Positions 26,819 to 35,073 of a stretch of 35,635 bases of DNA are shown piece after piece. Position 1 is the first letter of the stretch; the number at the start of each line of letters is the position of its first letter. The stretch covers positions 1 to 35,635 of the forward strand of contig SLGS01000038.1 in NCBI GenBank assembly GCA_007136565.1. The letters are read 5' to 3'. Position numbers and translations under genes: made by a program. The notes beneath the pieces are model-generated. The model saw only the letters and a program-made list of their open reading frames with translations. It had not been told where the DNA came from and made no database searches. The stretch is from Clostridia bacterium. GTDB lineage: Bacteria; Bacillota; Sulfobacillia; SLMV01.

Positions 26819-29800
26819 TTCCTTTCAGTGTTCGATTCCAAGGTATTTCCGGCGCCCATTTTAACAACCCCAAATCCCCGGTTCTCGGGGAACAGGTCGA
26901 CAATCCGGGCGTGGCAGGTGAGGTATAACACCTGGAAATCCTCGGCTGCGCCGAGCACGAGTTCGATGGCACCCTTGAGGCGCCTATCGTCGAGGTTGAC
27001 CAGGGGATCGTCCATCACCACGGGCAGGGGCGTATGCGACGCTGCCATCTCGGCCAGGGTAGCCATGCGCAGTGCCAGGTATACTCCTCCCAGCGTTCCG
27101 CGACTGAGCTCGGATACCTTCACGACGTTTCGGCTATCGCCGGTCAGAAGTCGTGGAGGGCCTCCGTCGGGAGCTACCCGGATGCCCGTGTAGGAATGGC
27201 CGGTGAGCTCGCGAATCATAGCCGATGCCCGGAGCATGGCCGCCGGGGCTCGTTCGTCTTCCCCCCGGGAACGAGCATTCTGGAGGAGATAGCTCGCCGC
27301 TTCCAATTCGCGCAATTCGTCGACCAGGAATCTCAACCTCGATAATGCCGTCTCCCTGCGTAGGTCGTCTTGGGCCGAATCCTGGCTGGTTCCCATGGCC
27401 TCGAGTTGGCTCCTCAATCCACCGATGATCTCAAGTACTCGGTGGAGTTCGGCCTCGTCTTCTCCCAGGGCGCGTTCCTCCCTTTCGACTTCCCCCTCTT
27501 CCGGCGGCGCGTCGGGTAGATCGTCTTCGAAGGCCCCCCGGATTTCCCGGATGCGGGCGGTCAACTCATCGGCGGTGGCCCGAAGATTCGAAGCCTCCTC
27601 CCATCTGTACGCCCTTTCTCTGAAGCCCTCAACATCCTCGCATCCACCGGACACGAGAAGCCCATCCAGGCGATCACTGGCGATCCTTCTGCGAGCGTCA
27701 ATGGCATCGCGTGTCTCCTTCAGATCCCCCAGGCGTCGATCCACCCCGTCGAGTTCCTCCCGCTCCCTCTGTAGTTCCTCGAGGCTCGCAGCGGTCGCCA
27801 GGACGGCGTCGCGGATTTCGCGGACGGAGAATTCCCTGCCCGATGGGATCCCCGGGATCCGGGAGGCCTCGGCTTCGAATCTTCTAATGCGCCGTTGCAG
27901 GTCTTCGAGCTCCGTGCGGAGCTTTTGCACCTGTCCCAGTTTCCCGGACAGACGATGGAGGGGGTCGAGACATCGAGCGGCGTCCCGGGGACTCGTTCCG
28001 GCCGGAAATCCCAACCCCTCCAGTTCAGCGCGGAAGTCCTCGTGGATCCTATCTCGTTCTCGTTTGATCTCCTCGATTTCGCATTCCGCGGCCGCGAGGG
28101 CGTCGGACACTTGCTTTCGTTGCATTATTTCGCTCCTCGATGCTTCGGCGCGTGCCGCGGCTTGTTCGCAGTATCGCCGTTCCCTCAATATTTCTTCGGC
28201 GGTGCGGGTTCGGGAATCCCCGAACAGTTCCCGGGTGGAATCCCGAAGGGAACTCTCCAGAGCATCCATCCGACGGCTCGACTCGGCCGGGTCCCCCGGG
28301 GTATTCTCGGGCGTCCCCCGCATCGGGAGAAGGAGCCGAAAAATGGAGATTCCCAGGACGCTCCCCGCGGCGGCGATCATGCCCGGGACCGGCTGATCTC
28401 CGAGGAACAAGTAGACGGAGGCCAGGAGCATGGTCAGTACCACGCCGGGAGTCAGCCATACCAGGGCCGGATGAATGGTGGTAGGGGAGAACCCGGTGCG
28501 CTCGAGGTATTCTAGCCTCGTTGCAAGCCGCTCCCGCTCAGACAGTGCATCGAAATACTCGTCCAGTCTTCGAACGCGCCACTGCATTTCGTCGATGTTG
28601 GTCGAGGTAGGATCCGGGTCTTCATTTGTCGGCGTCCGTCCGGCGAAGCGTACCAACCCGTTTCTAAGCTCAGATGCCCGGGATTCCACATCGCGCATTT
28701 TGCGCCCGGACTCTTCCGCGGCGGAAACCATATCGTCGAGGCGATTCCGCAGGGGGATGGAGGGGGCCAGATTCCGTCCCCTCTCCACGGTCCAGCCAGG
28801 TCCCAGCTCATCGATTATGTCGCGGCATTCACTCCCCAGGGATCCGAGGTTGGCGACGAGGGTGTCTCGTCGGGCCAGGATGTCGGACAGCGAACGGGCC
28901 TCGGGGATCAACTTGCGCAGGTCGGTCTCGTGTTCTACCAATGAGTGTGTTGCGATTTCCTCCCGAATGGCGCTCGCCCGGGAGCAAAGGGATGAGATCT
29001 GGCCGCGGATGGTATCGGATTCCTCCTCGAGTTCTTCGAGGGTATCTTCCCGGTCCCTCAACCTGGCCAGGGCGCCCGCGGGGAAACCCTCGGGCACGTC
29101 CAGAGCCGCCAAGTCGCGCTGGATGGATGCGAGGTGTCTTTGCAGGGGGGCGATACGGGCGGTCGCTCGAAGCCGAGCGAGTCGATGGTTCCTCTTTGCG
29201 ATGGTGGCAGTCAGGGTTTCGTATTGGGCCTGGCGCCTGACCAGCTCCGAGCGCATCCGGTTGTGCTCCAAGATGATCGGTGCGCTCCTTCTTTCCTCCG
29301 CTTCGAGGTCTTCCAACTCCGCCAGGACGTCGGTGATTTCGGAACCGGATCGGGGCCTGTATAGGCGCGACTTGCGCTCGTTAAAGACGCCCTCGATTCG
29401 CTCCAATGTCGATATATCTATGCCCGCGGCGGTGGCGTATAGTAGTTGGGCCACGTCTGTGGATTGCATGGAACGCACGTCCTCGAGCTCGGATATCCCG
29501 AAGTTCAGGAGGTTTCGGTGTCCCACCGATGACAGTCCGCCCCAAAGGCTTTCGAGCAAATCCTGGGCCCCTTGGTTGGGGAGGCGTTCGCCGTCGCGAA
29601 AGAGGGAAAGATCGCCGGAGACCCTGCCTCCTGGGTCCTGCCAACGTTCGGCGCGGTACTCGTGGCCCCCGGTGGTGAATTCGAGCCATCCTCCGCGCCT
29701 TCCCCCCGCCAGGGACGGATACTGGTTGAGGCTACTGCGAGCGTCGGGGAAGCCGAAGATCACGGCGGGTATGAATGACGCCAGGGTACTCTTGCCGGCT

Positions 29801-29898
29801 TCGTTTGGTCCCGTCACCACAGTCATTCCCTCGTCCAGGTGCAGGTCGAAATCCCGGAGAAACCCAAATCCCTCTATTCTCACCCGGTGGAGGATCAA
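26806..29898 (-). CDS. Rad50/SbcC-like AAA ATPase with long coiled coils and a central membrane hairpin (YhaN/SbcE type)
   Basis: The TTG at 29898 (GAAGGAGGAG upstream, TTGA overlap with the upstream stop) gives 1030 aa starting ILHRVRIEGFGFL. It has Walker A VTGPNEAGKST, a signature-like LSRGTLGGVYLALRMA and Walker B LPVVMDDPLVNLDD. Two hydrophobic helices (PALVWLTPGVVLTMLLASVYLFL and MIAAAGSVLGISIFRLLLP, encoded at about 28324-28470) sit in mid-protein. No CxxC hook is present. Confidence 0.85.
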   Translation of the reverse strand: MILHRVRIEGFGFLRDFDLHLDEGMTVVTGPNEAGKSTLASFIPAVIFGFPDARSSLNQYPSLAGGRRGGWLEFTTGGHEYRAERWQDPGGRVSGDLSLFRDGERLPNQGAQDLLESLWGGLSSVGHRNLLNFGISELEDVRSMQSTDVAQLLYATAAGIDISTLERIEGVFNERKSRLYRPRSGSEITDVLAELEDLEAEERRSAPIILEHNRMRSELVRRQAQYETLTATIAKRNHRLARLRATARIAPLQRHLASIQRDLAALDVPEGFPAGALARLRDREDTLEELEEESDTIRGQISSLCSRASAIREEIATHSLVEHETDLRKLIPEARSLSDILARRDTLVANLGSLGSECRDIIDELGPGWTVERGRNLAPSIPLRNRLDDMVSAAEESGRKMRDVESRASELRNGLVRFAGRTPTNEDPDPTSTNIDEMQWRVRRLDEYFDALSERERLATRLEYLERTGFSPTTIHPALVWLTPGVVLTMLLASVYLFLGDQPVPGMIAAAGSVLGISIFRLLLPMRGTPENTPGDPAESSRRMDALESSLRDSTRELFGDSRTRTAEEILRERRYCEQAAARAEASRSEIMQRKQVSDALAAAECEIEEIKRERDRIHEDFRAELEGLGFPAGTSPRDAARCLDPLHRLSGKLGQVQKLRTELEDLQRRIRRFEAEASRIPGIPSGREFSVREIRDAVLATAASLEELQREREELDGVDRRLGDLKETRDAIDARRRIASDRLDGLLVSGGCEDVEGFRERAYRWEEASNLRATADELTARIREIRGAFEDDLPDAPPEEGEVEREERALGEDEAELHRVLEIIGGLRSQLEAMGTSQDSAQDDLRRETALSRLRFLVDELRELEAASYLLQNARSRGEDERAPAAMLRASAMIRELTGHSYTGIRVAPDGGPPRLLTGDSRNVVKVSELSRGTLGGVYLALRMATLAEMAASHTPLPVVMDDPLVNLDDRRLKGAIELVLGAAEDFQVLYLTCHARIVDLFPENRGFGVVKMGAGNTLESNTERKCNR

Positions 29899-31178
29899 GG
29901 CGACTCCTCCTTCGAGATCGTACGAAGGAGACTCTCGCGGGCTCGCTCCAGGATCCCCACTGCGTGGGAGCGCGGTATACCGGGTTTGATCCATTTTCGT
30001 AGCCGGGGATCGGAGATGATACGGGAATCCAGTTGCTCCAGGAATTCCCCGGCGATGTGGGAATCCGGCGAGTCGAGTTCTTCCAGTAGGTCGGTTTCCA
30101 CCCTCGCGATATCGCCCAGTAGATCATCTCGGTCCCGCAGGTTGGATCGGTCCATCGGGCGGGCGACTCGCCACGATATCGAGTCGATCCAGGTGGTTGG
30201 TGAACTCGATGCCAATTCGCGAACGGTCTCCAGGAGATCCTCGGTTTCCGCCGGAGATTCGAAGGAAGTGGCCAGTGGACTCTCGCCCTCGAAAATGAGG
30301 CGAATCAATACCGCTCGACCTCCGGCTTCGTCGGCTATTCGTTCCAGGATGTTCGACACCAGGTCGAGGATTTCGGCTTCGGTGTCGATGGAACGGTCCA
30401 ATGGCAGTCGGGGTTGTGCCCACCTGATGGAGTCCAGGGGGCGAAAAGCCGGCCTTGGGATACCGTCACGGACTTCCACGAGATAGCATCCCTTGGGGCC
30501 CGTTTCCCCGAAATGCCGGCCCTGCGTGGTTCCGGAATAGGCTATGGTGGGTTCGGATTCGCGCAGCAACTTGGCTGAGTGCACGTGGCCGAGCGCCCAA
30601 TAGTCATCGCCGGAGCTGATCAGATCGTGCAAGCGGCTGGGCGCGTACCCGTCGCCGGCCGATCCGTCGACATCGGTGTGGAGCAATCCAACGCGAAAGA
30701 TGCCCGGTTGAGATTTGAGTCGCGGGAATAGGTGCAAGGGGTCGTCGCTGTAGGTTTCGTGGGGATGGCTGACTCCTCGGATCTCCGCAGAGCCACCGGG
30801 AACGGGTATCGTAACCGTACCTAGATCGTCGGAGAAGAGGTGGGCGCCGTCGGGCTCGTCCAAGTGGGCTCTCGCGGTGTTGAGGGGATCGTGATTCCCT
30901 GCGACCCTGACCACTGGGATCCCGGCCCCGGAGAGGCGTTTCGCGGCGTCCCCGAGGCGGACCTGGGCCCGCAACGACGGTGTGCGATGATCGAAGATAT
31001 CCCCGGCCAGCAGAAGGAATGAAACTTCCTCCTCTATGCAGATCTGCACCAGGGTGTCCAGAGCGTCCATGCTGGCCGTCACTGCCATGTCCCGGATAGC
31101 GGGAGGCAGGTCTCTACGTATTCCGCTAAAGGGACTATCCAGGTGCAGGTCTGCCGCGTGAACGAATCGAAAATTCAA
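29895..31178 (-). CDS. SbcD/Mre11-family metallophosphoesterase nuclease (YhaO/SbcF type)
   Basis: The TTG at 31178, with GGAGG 10 nt upstream, gives 427 aa starting NFRFVHAADLHLDSP. Phosphoesterase motifs: DLHLD, AGDIFDH, AGNHDP, LLHTDV, GHVH. The track start at 31283 is probably an extension. Confidence 0.85.
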   Translation of the reverse strand: MNFRFVHAADLHLDSPFSGIRRDLPPAIRDMAVTASMDALDTLVQICIEEEVSFLLLAGDIFDHRTPSLRAQVRLGDAAKRLSGAGIPVVRVAGNHDPLNTARAHLDEPDGAHLFSDDLGTVTIPVPGGSAEIRGVSHPHETYSDDPLHLFPRLKSQPGIFRVGLLHTDVDGSAGDGYAPSRLHDLISSGDDYWALGHVHSAKLLRESEPTIAYSGTTQGRHFGETGPKGCYLVEVRDGIPRPAFRPLDSIRWAQPRLPLDRSIDTEAEILDLVSNILERIADEAGGRAVLIRLIFEGESPLATSFESPAETEDLLETVRELASSSPTTWIDSISWRVARPMDRSNLRDRDDLLGDIARVETDLLEELDSPDSHIAGEFLEQLDSRIISDPRLRKWIKPGIPRSHAVGILERARESLLRTISKEESP

Positions 31179-31206
31179 GACAGGAGAACCTCCTCTAGGT
31201 CTGACT

Positions 31207-31220
31207 CGTACAAAGGTTCG
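31207..31220. promoter_or_regulatory. Weak candidate LexA (Cheo-type) box upstream of the SbcD-like gene
   Basis: CGTACAAAGGTTCG compared with the consensus CGAAC-N4-GTTCG has one core mismatch (T for A). It lies 29-42 nt upstream of the proposed start. Confidence 0.2.
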
Positions 31221-31263
31221 ACCTCGCGGGCCCGCGTACCTGCCGAAACCGATCTTTCTTTGG

Positions 31264-31292
31264 TTGCAGGAATAAAGATGCAATTGGAGAAT
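31264..31292 (+). promoter_or_regulatory. Candidate sigma-A-type promoter for hflX
   Basis: TTGCAG (31264-31269), a 17-nt spacer and GAGAAT (31287-31292). This is hexamer resemblance only. Confidence 0.25.
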
Positions 31293-31330
31293 CTAACCCC
31301 GTTGGATTCGATTCCATCCGCGGCTCGTGG

Positions 31331-32668
31331 GTGGTGGGAAGTGAGCCCGATTCACTCATGTCCATTCCCGTGAAAAGGAATACTCTCGAAAGAGCGCTGC
31401 TGGTCACCATGATCGGTGACGACCTGATCCTGACCTACGACGACCCCGATCTCACCGCCCGACGCGAGGAATTGGCCCGTCTCGTTGATACCGCCGGCGG
31501 TGTGCCCGTGGGGGAGATCACCCAGTATCGGCGAAGGCCCGACCCCAGAACCTTCGTCGGCAAGGGGAAGGTCGAGGAGATAGCCGAGGCCATCGAGGAA
31601 TTGGCCGTCGAACTGGTAGTCTTCAACCACGAACTGTCCCCGGGACAACAGAAGAACCTGGAGGATTCGCTGGGCACACGCATCATAGATAGAACCCGGT
31701 TGATCCTCGACATATTCGCCCAAAGAGCGCGTAGCCGCGAGGGTAAGCTTCAGGTGGAGCTGGCTCAGCTTACGTATTTCCTGCCGCGCCTGACCGGTCG
31801 CGGGGAGGAATTATCCAGGTTGGCCGGCGGTATCGGCACCCGTGGCCCCGGTGAGACAAAACTGGAGGCAGATCGACGCCGTGTCCGACGTCGTATGACG
31901 GACCTGAGGAGGGAAATCGCCCAGATCAGGGCGCATCGACAGCTTCTCAGGGATCGGCGTAGGCAGGACGGCGTCCCGGTGTTCGCGTTGGTGGGCTACA
32001 CAAATGCCGGTAAGTCGACTCTTCTGAACAGGCTTACGGATTCGGAGCAGGGAGCGGAGGACAAACTCTTCGCGACCCTCGATCCCGCAATCCGCAAGGC
32101 GAGCCTGCCCTCCGGACTGGATGTCTACCTTGTGGACACAGTCGGTTTCGTTCGAGATCTGCCCACCCAACTGATGGCAGCGTTTCGCGCCACCTTGGAG
32201 GAAGTCGTCGAGGCCGATTTCCTCGTCCACGTCGTGGACGCATCCCATTCCGATTGGATCGAGCAAGTGGCAGCGGTGGAAGATGTGTTGGCGGGAATGG
32301 GAGTGTCCACCGATGGAGCCATCACCGCCTTGAACAAGGTTGATCGTATGGAGTACCCGTTGGCCGAAGTCGACACCCGTGAATTGCCGCGGCCCGTCCG
32401 GGTGTCCGCGCTTTCGGGGCGGGGTGTTCGAGAACTCCTGGATCTAATGGACGACGTGGTCCGGGCGGTCAGGTTGCGATGCGAATTCATCGTACCGTAC
32501 TCCATGATGGATCTCCTGGATGAGATCCATGGCCACGGGGAGATGCACGGGGAGAAGTATCTGGAGGAGGGCGTCAGGTTGGATGTCACGCTTCCCGCGA
32601 GTATGGCGGACAGGATTCGATCGAAGTTGGAGTCGAATAGCGGAAAAGGCGGGAACGAATGTACTTAA
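31331..32668 (+). CDS. hflX: GTPase HflX (ribosome-splitting factor)
   Basis: Motifs: HflX N-domain (FVGKGKVEEIAE, DRTRLILDIFAQRARSREGKLQVELAQL), G1 GYTNAGKSTLLN, DTVGF and NKVD. The start is ambiguous, either the GTG at 31331 or the ATG at 31358. Confidence 0.9.
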   Translation: MVGSEPDSLMSIPVKRNTLERALLVTMIGDDLILTYDDPDLTARREELARLVDTAGGVPVGEITQYRRRPDPRTFVGKGKVEEIAEAIEELAVELVVFNHELSPGQQKNLEDSLGTRIIDRTRLILDIFAQRARSREGKLQVELAQLTYFLPRLTGRGEELSRLAGGIGTRGPGETKLEADRRRVRRRMTDLRREIAQIRAHRQLLRDRRRQDGVPVFALVGYTNAGKSTLLNRLTDSEQGAEDKLFATLDPAIRKASLPSGLDVYLVDTVGFVRDLPTQLMAAFRATLEEVVEADFLVHVVDASHSDWIEQVAAVEDVLAGMGVSTDGAITALNKVDRMEYPLAEVDTRELPRPVRVSALSGRGVRELLDLMDDVVRAVRLRCEFIVPYSMMDLLDEIHGHGEMHGEKYLEEGVRLDVTLPASMADRIRSKLESNSGKGGNECT

Positions 32669-32690
32669 TCATGAGAAAATGGGGGCGATC

Positions 32691-34022
32691 ATGAATCAGA
32701 ATATCAAGGACAGATTGCAGCAGGAGTGTCGGGATCAATCCATAGCGTTCGTCAAATTGCAGTTCACCGATATCATGGGCGCAACCAAGAACGTAACGAT
32801 CCCGGTGGAGCAGTTGCCCAAGGCCCTCGATGGCGACATCGCCTTCGATGGAGGATCCATCGAAGGTTTCGTTCGGATACAGGAATCGGACATGCTGCTC
32901 AAGCCCGATCCCGAGACTTTCGTCGTCTTCCCCTGGCTGACCAACGGTATGAAGACGGCTCGCCTGATGTGCGACATTACATGGCCCGATGGCACCCCCT
33001 TCGACGGGTGCCCGCGAACTATCCTGAAGAGGGTCCTAGGTCGAGCAGAGGAGATGGGGTACGTACCCAACGCCGGCCCGGAACCGGAATTCTTCCTCTT
33101 CAAGAGGGATCAAGATGGACGCCCCACCATTGAAGGACACGATCACGCCGGGTACTTCGACCTTCCTCCCCTCGATCGGGGCGAGGCCGCCCGCGAAGAC
33201 ATGGTCAGGAAGCTTTCGGACATGGGATTTGAGGTAGAGGCGGCTCACCACGAAGTGGCCCCGGCCCAGCACGAGATCGATTTCAAGTATGCTGATGCCG
33301 TAACCACGGCGGACAGGATCGCCACCTTCCGCTTCGTGGTGAGGACGGTGGCTCTGCAACACAACCTGCACGCAACGTTCATGCCAAAACCCAAGTTTGG
33401 TATTCCGGGTTCGGGCATGCACGTGCACCTGTCCCTATTCGATTCCGAGGGCAACGCCTTTTTTGACGAGAACGCCGAGGATTCGTTGAGCGACACATGT
33501 TACAGTTTCTTGGCTGGAGTTATGCGTAACTGCAGGGAGTTTACCGCGATCACCAATCCCCTGGTCAACTCGTATAAGCGCCTCGTTCCGGGATTCGAGG
33601 CACCGGTATACATCGCTTGGTCGCGCGGGAACAGAAGCCCATTGATCCGCGTCCCTGCGCGCAGAGGCGTGGGTACCAGATTGGAGGTCAGGAGCCCGGA
33701 TCCCGCTTGTAACCCGTACCTGGCCCTTGCGGTGATAATCTCCGCAGGTCTCGACGGCATCGATGAGGCCCTCAAGCCCAGCGAGCCGGTGGACGACAAT
33801 ATCTACGAGATGGGTCTGGAGGAGAGGCGGGAGAGGGGGATAGATTCCCTACCCGGCACCCTGGCGGAAGCCCTTTCGGAGATGAGAGAGAGTGATCTGG
33901 TGCGCCGGGTTCTGGGTGATCACATCGTGGATCGCTTCCTCGCCGCCAAACAGATCGAGTGGGACGATTACAGGACCAAGGTCCATCAGTGGGAACTCGA
34001 CCGGTACCTGGGTGCGTACTGA
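32691..34022 (+). CDS. glnA: Glutamine synthetase type I (alpha-like, Bacillus type)
   Basis: 443 aa from the ATG at 32691, with a GGGGG run 5-6 nt upstream. Motifs: FVKLQFTDIMG, GFEVEAAHHEVAPAQHEIDF, NSYKRLVPGFEAP, SPDPACNPYLA. The track start at 32520 overlaps hflX and is spurious. Confidence 0.93.
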   Translation: MNQNIKDRLQQECRDQSIAFVKLQFTDIMGATKNVTIPVEQLPKALDGDIAFDGGSIEGFVRIQESDMLLKPDPETFVVFPWLTNGMKTARLMCDITWPDGTPFDGCPRTILKRVLGRAEEMGYVPNAGPEPEFFLFKRDQDGRPTIEGHDHAGYFDLPPLDRGEAAREDMVRKLSDMGFEVEAAHHEVAPAQHEIDFKYADAVTTADRIATFRFVVRTVALQHNLHATFMPKPKFGIPGSGMHVHLSLFDSEGNAFFDENAEDSLSDTCYSFLAGVMRNCREFTAITNPLVNSYKRLVPGFEAPVYIAWSRGNRSPLIRVPARRGVGTRLEVRSPDPACNPYLALAVIISAGLDGIDEALKPSEPVDDNIYEMGLEERRERGIDSLPGTLAEALSEMRESDLVRRVLGDHIVDRFLAAKQIEWDDYRTKVHQWELDRYLGAY

Positions 34023-34047
34023 TCGGCGCAAGGATGGGACGCTGAGA

Positions 34048-34677
34048 TCACAGCGTTCTAAATAGCCCGACAACGATCCCGAGAACGGTTACATCCCGGG
34101 TCACAATAGGATCCATAAAGCGGTTCTCCGGTTGCAGGCGGATGCTATCTTCTTCTCGGAAGAACCGCTTTACCGTGGCCTCTTCGTCTCCGACCAGGGC
34201 AACGACGATGTCTCCATCGCGAGCGTGGTCTTGCTTACGAACCACTACGGTGTCTCCGTCTAGGATTCCGGCATCCACCATACTCGAACCGCGAACTCTT
34301 AGTAGGAACATTCCATCTTCATTACCCTTGGTTAGGCTGCGGGGCAGCGGCAGGTACTCTTCGATGTTTTCCACGGCGAGAATTGGCGCTCCGGCCGTGA
34401 CGCTACCGACCAGGGGCACGGGTATCACGTCATCGATGGTCATCGGCGTCATCCCGGAATCGTCCATGACGATTTCGATGGCTCGACCCTTGGCGGCATC
34501 GCGTCGGATATATCCTTTGGACTCCAGGCTGGCCAGATGGCTGTGTACCGTCGACGGAGACTTCAATCCCACGCCGCGGCAAATCTCCCTTACGGAAGGC
34601 GGATAACCTTGACTCCGCGTATTCTCAATGATGTAAGACAAAACATCGCGCTGTCGTCCCGTTAGTTCGGAAGACAC
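34048..34677 (-). CDS. lexA: LexA SOS repressor
   Basis: 209 aa, GTG start. Features: LTGRQRDVLSYI, wHTH PSVREI, the Ala-Gly cleavage site (VTAGAPILA), catalytic Ser (RGSSM) and catalytic Lys (ATVKRF). Confidence 0.95.
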   Translation of the reverse strand: MSSELTGRQRDVLSYIIENTRSQGYPPSVREICRGVGLKSPSTVHSHLASLESKGYIRRDAAKGRAIEIVMDDSGMTPMTIDDVIPVPLVGSVTAGAPILAVENIEEYLPLPRSLTKGNEDGMFLLRVRGSSMVDAGILDGDTVVVRKQDHARDGDIVVALVGDEEATVKRFFREEDSIRLQPENRFMDPIVTRDVTVLGIVVGLFRTL

Positions 34678-34709
34678 CTGCCGTCACCTGCCTTTCACCA
34701 TACCCATGA

Positions 34710-34718
34710 AGTATAGCA
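34710..34718 (-). promoter_or_regulatory. Candidate extended -10 element (TGC-TATACT) for lexA
   Basis: The minus strand reads TGCTATACT 33-41 nt upstream of the lexA GTG. The SOS box at 34735-34748 sits where a -35 element would be. Confidence 0.35.
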
Positions 34719-34734
34719 CAGTTTCACGCATATA

Positions 34735-34748
34735 GAAACATACGTTCG
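34735..34748 (-). promoter_or_regulatory. LexA operator (Cheo/SOS box) in front of lexA
   Basis: The minus strand reads CGAACGTATGTTTC, which fits the Gram-positive consensus CGAACRNRYGTTYC at every position. It lies in the 74-nt spacer between the LysM gene stop and the lexA start. Confidence 0.7.
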
Positions 34749-34751
34749 ATA

Positions 34752-35039
34752 TCAACGGACCCCGCCGGGAACGATAAGAACCTGTCCGGGTTGGATCGAA
34801 TAGTCGGTCAGACCGTTCATCTGTTCGATTTCGTAAACTACTCGCCTGGTATCTACGCCCTCCACACCGTACTGGGACGCGATGCTCCACACGGTGTCGC
34901 CCGATGCCACGACGACCTCGATCGGCTCCCCTTGCAAATCCGAACTACTGGCTTCGGAAGCGGTGGCCAAGGATAGGGTTAGGGATAGTGCCAAGCCAAA
35001 CGCGACACAAACGATTAGGTAGATGTTCAAGACTTTCAT
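34752..35039 (-). CDS. Small membrane-anchored LysM-domain protein, YneA-like candidate SOS cell-division inhibitor
   Basis: The ATG at 35039, with GGAGGG 5 nt upstream, gives 95 aa. An N-terminal hydrophobic anchor (VLNIYLIVCVAFGLALSLTL) is followed by a LysM core (VVASGDTVWSIASQYG...IQPGQVLIVP). It is preceded by two SOS boxes and followed by lexA. Confidence 0.75.
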   Translation of the reverse strand: MKVLNIYLIVCVAFGLALSLTLSLATASEASSSDLQGEPIEVVVASGDTVWSIASQYGVEGVDTRRVVYEIEQMNGLTDYSIQPGQVLIVPGGVR

Positions 35040-35053
35040 GCCCACCCTCCAAT

Positions 35054-35067
35054 CGAACTAATGTTCT
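35054..35067. promoter_or_regulatory. LexA operator (SOS box A) near the predicted transcription start of the LysM gene
   Basis: CGAACTAATGTTCT has a perfect GAAC-N4-GTTC core. It lies 15-28 nt upstream of the LysM gene ATG. Confidence 0.7.
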
Positions 35068-35073
35068 GTATCA

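Noticed and set aside
27395-29989. Two long plus-strand ORFs (333 aa and 504 aa) lie antisense to the Rad50-like ATPase gene.
   Set aside because: Their translations are low-complexity Ser/Arg/Pro-rich strings with no motifs. They mirror the GAG/CTC-rich coiled-coil codons of the real minus-strand gene. This is the typical shadow-ORF artefact of GC-rich DNA.
31304-31319. GGATTCGATTCCATCC looks like a tRNA T-arm (compare GGTTCGAATCC), which raised the possibility of a tRNA gene or an att-site remnant.
   Set aside because: The stem is only 4 bp and the loop size is non-canonical. No acceptor-stem complement, anticodon arm or CCA context lies in the surrounding 90 nt. No integrase or direct repeat is nearby.
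31278-31373. A 31-codon upstream ORF (MQLENLTPLDSIPSAARGWWEVSPIHSCPFP) overlaps the hflX start and could be a leader peptide like that of Listeria hflXr.
   Set aside because: Its SD is weak. It lies partly upstream of the more plausible TTGCAG-17-GAGAAT promoter. I could not fold any alternative terminator/antiterminator pair. It would only be worth revisiting if 5'-end mapping shows a long leader.
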